This document shows, in pieces, positions 57,210-64,000 of a stretch of DNA of 64,000 nt. The notes under the pieces were generated by a model. That model saw nothing but the letters and a program-made list of their open reading frames with translations, ran no database searches and was not told the origin of the DNA. The DNA is taken from NCBI GenBank assembly GCA_963674695.2, contig CAXXGI010000003.1, forward strand, positions 32,001 through 96,000, in the 5' to 3' direction. Origin of the DNA: a bacterium. Its GTDB lineage: Bacteria > UBA10199 > 2-02-FULL-44-16 > JAAZCA01. The first letter of the stretch is position 1. Each line of letters opens with the position of its first letter. A program made the translations under genes and the position numbers.

Positions 57210-58710
57210 ACAGTCTCTTTCGGCGGGGCGGACGGCACGCGAGCGCGGCGTGGGCATCGTGGCCGTGCTGCTCGTCATCGCCGTCCTGGGAATCCTGGGA
57301 GGCGTCATCACCACACTCGTCGCTGCGGGCGCGGTGAGCAAGACCAACGACATGGTCCGCGAGCAGTCCTGGGAGCTGGGTACGGCCGGGTTGGAGTATG
57401 CCCTCAAGCGCATCGACGACGGCTTCGACCCGGACGGCGACATGCGTGATCTGGGCGCGGGGCAATTTACCGTGGGGTATGCGCCCACCGGTGTGATCAC
57501 CATCGCCACGGACGTGAGTGCCATGGAGGGGAGTTCGAGTCCAAGCTTCACCATCCAGGGGCCAACCCCGGGCGGCACGATGGCCGACTGCCTCACCGTC
57601 GATGTCTCCGGAACGTATCAGCACGACCAGTGGTGGCCCGACGAGATCCGCGGCACGGTATTGCAGAATACCTGCAATGCCCAGATCACGATTTCGGAGA
57701 TGACCGTGAGCTGGACGCCGACGAGTACGGATCACGTGACACGCATTCGCATCGCCAACAGCAACGTCTATAACAACTGGCCGGGGACGCTCCCGGGCGT
57801 GCCGATCGACATCACCGATCGCACCATCAACGCCTGTAGCTCGCAGAATCTCACCTACATCCGTTTCGATACGGAACTGCCGGACAAGAACTTCACCATC
57901 ACCTTCACGATGAGTGATGGTTCGGTCAAGACCAGATTCCTCCAGTTTATCGTCGGAAACGAATCCGCTTGCCTCACGGTCGACCTCTCTCCTTCTTATA
58001 TCGGCGGCAGCGGATATGTCGATATGCGCGAGGGGGAGCTGACCAATTCCTGTGCCGCGCCCACGGTGATCGGGGTGGAGGGGATGATCGTCGAGTGGAC
58101 GCCCACCTCTCCCTCGCGGCATCTTACCGGAATCCGTATGGACGATTGGATGTGGTCGGGGTGGGCATCCAGCGGCACTTCGGTCAGTTTCTGGGGGCCG
58201 GTCCTGATCGATGCAGGTGCGAGCCAGCGCCAGCGTTTCCTCGAGTTCGATACCGATATGCGCGGGTATAATTATCCGGCCATTACCTACATCATGCGCG
58301 ACAGCACGCAGCATACGGTCTCCAAGAATTTCTATGCCGCCAACATGGCCTCCTGCCTCGTGGTGGGAACCGGCTCCACCTACTGGAGTAACGGCAATCG
58401 GCGGCTTCGAGCGGAGACGTTCCAGAACACCTGTGCGCTGGGGATCGTGATCGAACGGATTCAGAGCACCTGGAGCGGAGCCCCGGGGACTCGTTATCTG
58501 CAGCAGATTCGCATCGGGGGAAGCAACGTCTATAGCGGGTGGGCGGGTTCCGGCACGAACGTCGACATCGACAATGTTGAGGTTCCTGGCGGGAGCACGA
58601 TCACCGTCGATCGCTATGTGTTCAGCGGGAGTATGTCGGGGGCGACGGTCAGCCATGTCATGACGATGCTGGATGGCACGACCGTTTCCGTTCCTTCATT
58701 CACCCCCTGA
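57187..58710 (+). CDS. Minor pilin, MshP/PilX-like, with three tandem ~125-aa beta domains (cassette 2)
   Basis: RG|VGIVA, AGLEYAL; repeats begin MADCLTVD, ESACLTVD and MASCLVVG. Confidence 0.85.
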   Translation: MISLRRHRQSLSAGRTARERGVGIVAVLLVIAVLGILGGVITTLVAAGAVSKTNDMVREQSWELGTAGLEYALKRIDDGFDPDGDMRDLGAGQFTVGYAPTGVITIATDVSAMEGSSSPSFTIQGPTPGGTMADCLTVDVSGTYQHDQWWPDEIRGTVLQNTCNAQITISEMTVSWTPTSTDHVTRIRIANSNVYNNWPGTLPGVPIDITDRTINACSSQNLTYIRFDTELPDKNFTITFTMSDGSVKTRFLQFIVGNESACLTVDLSPSYIGGSGYVDMREGELTNSCAAPTVIGVEGMIVEWTPTSPSRHLTGIRMDDWMWSGWASSGTSVSFWGPVLIDAGASQRQRFLEFDTDMRGYNYPAITYIMRDSTQHTVSKNFYAANMASCLVVGTGSTYWSNGNRRLRAETFQNTCALGIVIERIQSTWSGAPGTRYLQQIRIGGSNVYSGWAGSGTNVDIDNVEVPGGSTITVDRYVFSGSMSGATVSHVMTMLDGTTVSVPSFTP

Positions 58711-58839
58711 TTCAGGGGGATAGTCTTGGATGCCCTCGGTCTTTCTTCAGGGGCATCAATCTAATCGCTTGAATTCGCTCAACATTTCTTTTGCCATCCG
58801 AAGAGGGACGCGGTATACTTCTCCAAACGCGGGGGAGCT

Positions 58840-59697
58840 ATGTATCTGGAATTCTTCGGGCTTTCTGAAAGGCCCTTCTCCATCACGCCGGATATCGCCT
58901 ACCTCTATCTGGGCAAGCAGCATGAGGAGGCGCTGGCGACGATCACCTATGGCATCACCGAGCGCTTAGGGATCAGCTTGCTCACGGGTGAGGTCGGCTC
59001 GGGCAAGACGACGCTCTCGCGGGCGTTGCTCGCACGCTTGGACGACTCCGTCGTCACGGCGATGCTCGTCAATCCGCTCCTGTCCGTTCCGGAACTCCTC
59101 AAGATGATCACGAAGGATTTCGGCATCGCCTGTCGCTTTACGTCGCCGCAGAAACAACTCGATGCCCTCAATCGCTTTCTGTTGCATCAGGCCAAGACCG
59201 GGGGAAACGCGCTCCTCGTGATCGATGAGGCGCAGAACCTCTCCATCGAGGCGCTCGAAGCGTTGCGCATGCTCACCAATCTTGAAACGGACAAGCAGAA
59301 GTTGCTGCAGATCTTGCTCGTCGGCCAGCCCGAACTGCTCAAAAAAATCGGCACGAATGAATTGCGGCAGCTCGAGCAGCGCATCACGACGCGCTACCAT
59401 CTGCGTCCGCTCTCCCAGGTGGAGATGATGCGTTATATCAACCACCGTATCTGCATCGCCGGCGGCGGGGGAAAGGTCTTCTTCGATCCGAAGGCATACC
59501 GAACGCTCTTCAAACAGACGAAGGGATATCCTCGGCTTATCAACCTGCTCTGCGATCGAGCCCTGATGGCGGCATACTTGCGCGAACAGTATGTGATCGA
59601 CCATGATGCCGTTCGCGCAGCGATTGCCGATTGGAAAGGGCAGTCGGCGCCGACGTCTCGATGGGGGGTTCTCAAGCGGTTGGTCTTTTCATCCTGA
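58840..59697 (+). CDS. ExeA/MshM-like AAA ATPase
   Basis: MYLEFFGLSERPFSITPD, GEVGSGKTT, IDEAQNL, VGQPEL, GYPRLINLLCD. Confidence 0.92.
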   Translation: MYLEFFGLSERPFSITPDIAYLYLGKQHEEALATITYGITERLGISLLTGEVGSGKTTLSRALLARLDDSVVTAMLVNPLLSVPELLKMITKDFGIACRFTSPQKQLDALNRFLLHQAKTGGNALLVIDEAQNLSIEALEALRMLTNLETDKQKLLQILLVGQPELLKKIGTNELRQLEQRITTRYHLRPLSQVEMMRYINHRICIAGGGGKVFFDPKAYRTLFKQTKGYPRLINLLCDRALMAAYLREQYVIDHDAVRAAIADWKGQSAPTSRWGVLKRLVFSS

Positions 59698-59768
59698 ACT
59701 GGTTCTTGGTTCGATAGTTCTCGGTTTTAGGGTTTTGAACTTCGGATTTGGTCTTATAGGGGGGATTT

Positions 59769-60509
59769 GTGTCGCTCATTCATGATGCCTTGAAGAAGGT
59801 GGAGGAGAAAAAGGAGAGCGCGCCTCCGGCGTCGAAGGCGCCGCTTGGCCCCGGGCTCACGTCGTTCAAAGAGCCGGTCATCAAGCCCTCACGAAAGATG
59901 CCGACGCGTACCGTGTTGTTGGGAACGGGCGTTGCGGTTGCGATCGGTATTTTTGTCTACATCACATTCTTTTCGAAAGGAACGGCAACAGCGCCGGTGC
60001 CACAACTCCCCGTTGCGCAAGCGCCTCAGTATACGAAGGCTGATGTGGGCCAACTCAAAAAGCGCGCGCTCGATGCGGCACGGACCGGTGATATGGCGGT
60101 GGCCTGGACGCAGATTTCGGCGGCCAGCGGAGTGGCTCCGGATGATCCGGAGGTTTGGAACAACCTGGGCTATGTCGCCGCCAAACGGGGCGATAATGTC
60201 AAGGCGAGACAAGCCTATCAAAAGGCGCTCGAACTCAAACCCGACTATCCCGAGGCGCTCAACAATCTCGGCGTTCTGGAAATGGATTCTGGGGATATGG
60301 TCAAGGCCAAGGAGTTGTTCGAGAAGGCGGTGGGTATTACACCGGCATATCCAGAGGCGAACTTTCATCTGGGTTTGCTCTACGAGCGATCGGGGAATAA
60401 GCAAAAGGCGGCTGAGTATTATCGTCGCTTCCTTGAAGTGGGCGGTGATTTTCAAAGCAGCGTCATCGATCAGGTGCGCAATCACATCATGGAGTTGGAG
60501 CGTCAATGA
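59769..60509 (+). CDS. MshN/ExeB-like TPR membrane protein
   Basis: MSLIHDALKK N-terminal motif, TM, TPR repeats (NNLG). Confidence 0.85.
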   Translation: MSLIHDALKKVEEKKESAPPASKAPLGPGLTSFKEPVIKPSRKMPTRTVLLGTGVAVAIGIFVYITFFSKGTATAPVPQLPVAQAPQYTKADVGQLKKRALDAARTGDMAVAWTQISAASGVAPDDPEVWNNLGYVAAKRGDNVKARQAYQKALELKPDYPEALNNLGVLEMDSGDMVKAKELFEKAVGITPAYPEANFHLGLLYERSGNKQKAAEYYRRFLEVGGDFQSSVIDQVRNHIMELERQ

Positions 60510-61609
60510 AGGTGAAGGATTTTGATCCGAGAGCGATTTGGGGTCGCTTGGTGCAACACCGTGAGCGCCTTGGGGTAGAGTTGTGCGGTTCGTCCGTTCG
60601 CATTGTTCGCATACAGCGGTCGGGGGAGCTGGGCTGGAGCCTACAAACATATGGAGAGTTGGACATCGATCTGCGCAAGGCGGGCGGGATGGATCGTCAA
60701 CGGTTCAAGGCAGCGGTTCGGCAGCTCGGCTCTGGGCTCACGCGCGTTGCGGTCAACCTCGACGCGCCGACGCTGCGGGTACGGCGCATGGCATTCGCGA
60801 AAATGCCGGAGCGAGATCTGTTGCAAGCCATCCGCTGGAACTTTCGGGAACATGTCGAGGTTCCCATCGAGCAGTATACCGTCTGCTATACACCGCTCGA
60901 TGAGGATTTAGAGGAGAATAAGATTTCGGTGATGGCCTACGGTGTGGCCAGCGAGACCATCGGCGAGTATGCTGAATTGACACGGGCTTTAGGGCTCAAA
61001 CTCGTTTCGCTTGAACCGGTGGCGACAGCACTTTTGGCGGCGATGCACGCCAATGGCATTTTGGAAGATGGGCGGGTGCATGTTTGTATCGCGTTTGGAA
61101 ACGATGTGACGCATTTTCTCGTCATGCGAAATGATGTCGTGCTCTTTTCCCGCCCGCTCGGCGGCTTTTCGCACGAGGCGCTCATTAAACTCATTCAGCG
61201 CAATCTCAACCTCACCGAGCCCGAGGTGCTCGCTGCACTTTCTGATTGGATGAGCGCTGTTCCCGGAGAGACTTCGATTGAGGCGGAGGATCGAGACCAG
61301 GGCGGGGAGCAGCTCTCCCATCGCATCGATATGACCATCGGACATTTTTTCAGCCATCTGGTTATCGAGGTGCAGCGTTCGATCGATGCATTTTGCATCA
61401 TGTACAACGTGGATCGAGTGGATGCGATTCATACCTGCGGGATTGGTGTCTATTATCCGGGCCTCGTGGCCCATGTGCACAAATCATTAGGGGTTGAGAC
61501 CTCGGTTTTCAACCCATTCGATCGGCTGGTGGAGACGGAGCGGATGACAGAAGAAGCTCGCCATCAAGCTCCATTGTACGCGGTCTCGGTGGGATTGGCC
61601 CTACCATGA
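60506..61609 (+). CDS. PilM-like alignment protein
   Basis: LGVEL, EVQRSIDAF, VFNPF, AVSVGLAL; upstream of PilN/O-like genes. Confidence 0.85.
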   Translation: MKVKDFDPRAIWGRLVQHRERLGVELCGSSVRIVRIQRSGELGWSLQTYGELDIDLRKAGGMDRQRFKAAVRQLGSGLTRVAVNLDAPTLRVRRMAFAKMPERDLLQAIRWNFREHVEVPIEQYTVCYTPLDEDLEENKISVMAYGVASETIGEYAELTRALGLKLVSLEPVATALLAAMHANGILEDGRVHVCIAFGNDVTHFLVMRNDVVLFSRPLGGFSHEALIKLIQRNLNLTEPEVLAALSDWMSAVPGETSIEAEDRDQGGEQLSHRIDMTIGHFFSHLVIEVQRSIDAFCIMYNVDRVDAIHTCGIGVYYPGLVAHVHKSLGVETSVFNPFDRLVETERMTEEARHQAPLYAVSVGLALP

Positions 61610-61619
61610 GGAGCAGAAT

Positions 61620-62216
61620 GTGAAGGGGACGACGACGACAGTCAGACGGGTCAATTTTCTCCAGCAGGAGCGGCATGGCCTGAACTATAAGAATATGGTC
61701 TTTCTCCTGATCGGTTGGTGTTTGTTGCTGGCGCTGGCCTACGGGGCGCAATTAGGGCGACAGCATCTCGTCGTTCGTGAGATACGCGCCGAGCGTGAGG
61801 TTATTGCAAAGCTGGACGAAGAGAAGGATCAGCACCTGGAAAAAGCAGCGCAGTACTATCGAAGGCGGTTGGGGGGAACGAGCCACTCGGATCTGCAGGC
61901 CATTTTGGAGAATCGTCCGAGCTGGTCGCATGTCTTGCGGGAATTGACGCAACAGCTTCCCGGGCAGGTGTGGTTGGATTCCGTGAAAATTATGCTGCAT
62001 GCGAGTGAGGGGTTTCTCATCGAGATTACAGGGAAAGCCAAGTCGCAGCGGCGTATTACCAATTTTCTTATGCAGCTAGAATCCAGCGGCATGTTTGTCG
62101 ACACGGAGCTGGATAATACCGTTCGCGGAAAGGGTGGGACCGACGATATCTGGGTTTTTCGTTTGACGACGCATCCGGTGATGACCGATTTTGTTGTGCG
62201 GAGTGAAAAAAAATGA
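61620..62216 (+). CDS. PilN-like protein
   Basis: RVNFL, TM, LPGQVWLDSV, ITGKA. Confidence 0.85.
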   Translation: MKGTTTTVRRVNFLQQERHGLNYKNMVFLLIGWCLLLALAYGAQLGRQHLVVREIRAEREVIAKLDEEKDQHLEKAAQYYRRRLGGTSHSDLQAILENRPSWSHVLRELTQQLPGQVWLDSVKIMLHASEGFLIEITGKAKSQRRITNFLMQLESSGMFVDTELDNTVRGKGGTDDIWVFRLTTHPVMTDFVVRSEKK

Positions 62217-62809
62217 AGCTGCAGGTGCCGAAAGGAATGTGGAAACAGCAGCCTTCGCTACGGGAGAAAATTTTCTTCGTGGCGGCGCTTCTCGGTATCC
62301 TGATTCTCTTTTCGAACTATTTTTGGTCGGCACAGGGGGGGAAGCTTCGGGCGCTCCAGGCCGATCTCAAGGGCGTCGAGATGCAGACGAAGGCCATTCG
62401 AGAGCTCATCAAGGCTGCAGGAGTGCAACTCAAGGCGCGGCAACAGGAGCAGCAGAAGCCACCGGCCGAGATGGATCCATTGATCAAACAGATTCTCGGG
62501 CGCGATGTATTGGATGCGACCGATGAGATTCATTCTACCGTCGCGCTTCTTGGCGGTCGAAAGGTAGCTCAGCGGGTGAACATTGGGGCGATCGATGTTG
62601 AGGACGCGTCGAAGAAGAAGAATTATACGGTCGTTCCGATGCGCATTCAACTCTCGGGACGATTTACCGGTGTGCAATCCTATCTGGATGAGATCGAACG
62701 GTTACCTCGCGCGCTGGTCGTTCGCAGTGTCGATCTCAAGACGGCAGGAGCGGGTGAGCGCATGATCGAAGCGACGGTCGATGTGGATCTGTACATCGCC
62801 AGGCGCTAG
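62213..62809 (+). CDS. PilO/MshJ-like protein
   Basis: SLREK + TM, coiled coil, LSGRFTGVQSYLDEIERLP. Confidence 0.8.
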   Translation: MKLQVPKGMWKQQPSLREKIFFVAALLGILILFSNYFWSAQGGKLRALQADLKGVEMQTKAIRELIKAAGVQLKARQQEQQKPPAEMDPLIKQILGRDVLDATDEIHSTVALLGGRKVAQRVNIGAIDVEDASKKKNYTVVPMRIQLSGRFTGVQSYLDEIERLPRALVVRSVDLKTAGAGERMIEATVDVDLYIARR

Positions 62810-62850
62810 GCACTGATGTTGCTCTGATGAGCGTCACGGGAGGAGGGGGC

Positions 62851-63234
62851 ATGTCAAGTCGATGGTGTTCGATGACGGTGTTTTTTCTGTGTTTTCTTCT
62901 CACGATGTTTTTGAGCGGAGTGGCGGGTGCGCAGTCGCTCTCCGATCTTTCGATGAAGCAGTTTGAGTCGGAGACGTCGAAATATCAGGTGCAATCACAC
63001 GTCGATCCGTTTTCCAGCGGCGTTTCAGCTGCGGAAGACCTTTCGATCGAAGATCTTCAGCTGTCGGGGATCGTCTTTCGCGATACAAAGGACGCCTATG
63101 CCCTGATCAGTGGGTATCTCGTGCGGCCGGGCGATATGATCGCGGGGTACCGCGTGGAGAAAGTCGAGAAGGATCGTGTGCGGTTGAGGCGTATCGACGA
63201 TGTTTTCGTGCTGGCCCTCGGGGGAGGAATTTGA
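62851..63234 (+). CDS. MshK/PilP-like protein
   Basis: Signal peptide, DPF, LQLSGIV, ALISG..VRPGDMIAGYRV. Confidence 0.75.
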   Translation: MSSRWCSMTVFFLCFLLTMFLSGVAGAQSLSDLSMKQFESETSKYQVQSHVDPFSSGVSAAEDLSIEDLQLSGIVFRDTKDAYALISGYLVRPGDMIAGYRVEKVEKDRVRLRRIDDVFVLALGGGI

Positions 63235-63235
63235 C

Positions 63236-64000
63236 GTGAGAATCCATCACTCCGTATTCGTGATCATAGCCGCAGGGGTGTTGTTTTTCATCGCGACAGC
63301 GATGATAACACCGCTGGCGCGCGCACAGGGCATTCCGCAATCGGTCTTGGGACTGGAGGCACAGGAGTCTCAGGAAAAACCGGTCGATACCGGCAGCGCC
63401 AGCCAGTTTGAGACCACCAACTATCTTGGTATTACAAAGGGGACGCATTACGACGTCAGCTTTCGGAATGGATCGCTGCGTGAGGTGCTCCAATTTCTCT
63501 CCTGGATTGCCGAAATCAATATCATGATCCCAGAGGGTGTTGAAGGGGTCGTCAACGTTCACTTTCGCGATATCACTATCGGCGATTCCCTCAATTCCAT
63601 CATCAAGGCGAATCAGCTGGAGTATACGCTCGAGGGGAGCGTCATTCGGATCGGCAAGGAAGAACAGTTTAAGGACACGGGTGAAGATTTGAAGGCGGAG
63701 ACGATCCGCTTGCGCTTCGCGACCGCCAGCGACATGGCGGGCAAGGTCAAGACCATGCTCACTTCCCGCGGATCGGTTATTTCCGATCAACGCACCAACT
63801 CGATCGTCGTGCGGGAATATCCGGGTAATATCGACAACGTCAGGCGCTTTATCAAGGACATCGACATCAAGGATGCGCAGGTTCTCATCGAGGCAAAGCT
63901 TCTGGAGGCGACGCGTAGCTTTTCGCGGGATCTGGGTTTGCAGTGGGGGGTCAACAGCGGCAGTGCGACATCGAAGTTTCGCGTTGGCGGTGTCAATGCG
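63236..64000 (+). CDS. Secretin (PilQ/MshL-like), 5' part, truncated by the window end
   Basis: Manual translation: signal peptide, STN-like domain, RGSVISDQRTNSIVV, AQVLIEAKLLE..RDLGLQWG. Confidence 0.9.
   Translation, partial: MRIHHSVFVIIAAGVLFFIATAMITPLARAQGIPQSVLGLEAQESQEKPVDTGSASQFETTNYLGITKGTHYDVSFRNGSLREVLQFLSWIAEINIMIPEGVEGVVNVHFRDITIGDSLNSIIKANQLEYTLEGSVIRIGKEEQFKDTGEDLKAETIRLRFATASDMAGKVKTMLTSRGSVISDQRTNSIVVREYPGNIDNVRRFIKDIDIKDAQVLIEAKLLEATRSFSRDLGLQWGVNSGSATSKFRVGGVNA

Overview
High-GC bacterial chromosome segment, probably of deltaproteobacterial type (Myxococcota/Bdellovibrionota-like), inferred from the gspC-N operon with a PilM-like GspL and a GspN. In order: (1) the 5' end of proC; (2) a ~20 kb putative inositol-lipid/glycolipid region (ino1 with a divergent LysR, Aur1/IPC-synthase-like PAP2, PimA-like GT4, NodB deacetylase, two flippase-like proteins, NTP transferase, HAD, CDP-alcohol phosphotransferase, MMPL, Wzi, ChaN-like protein, radical SAM); (3) an AT-richer islet with an AbiE type IV toxin-antitoxin pair, a frameshifted Zn-finger gene, a DUF3800-like gene and two decayed four-helix-bundle genes, next to tRNA-Thr(CGT), tRNA-Leu(CAA) and rpoZ; (4) a histidine kinase and a type II secretion operon gspCDEFGHIJKLMN; (5) yebC-ruvCAB-ftsB-like and pilT; (6) an MSHA-like type IV pilus locus with two complete minor-pilin cassettes, truncated in the secretin. 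Intergenic DNA carries several repeat families: a ~75-bp hairpin with compensatory changes (5 copies), dRS3/REP-like palindromes, two MITEs and many inverted heptamer/octamer arrays. Some repeats are translated in-frame inside the cleavable leader peptides of GspH, GspI and GspJ. All calls come from reading motifs by eye; no database search was run.
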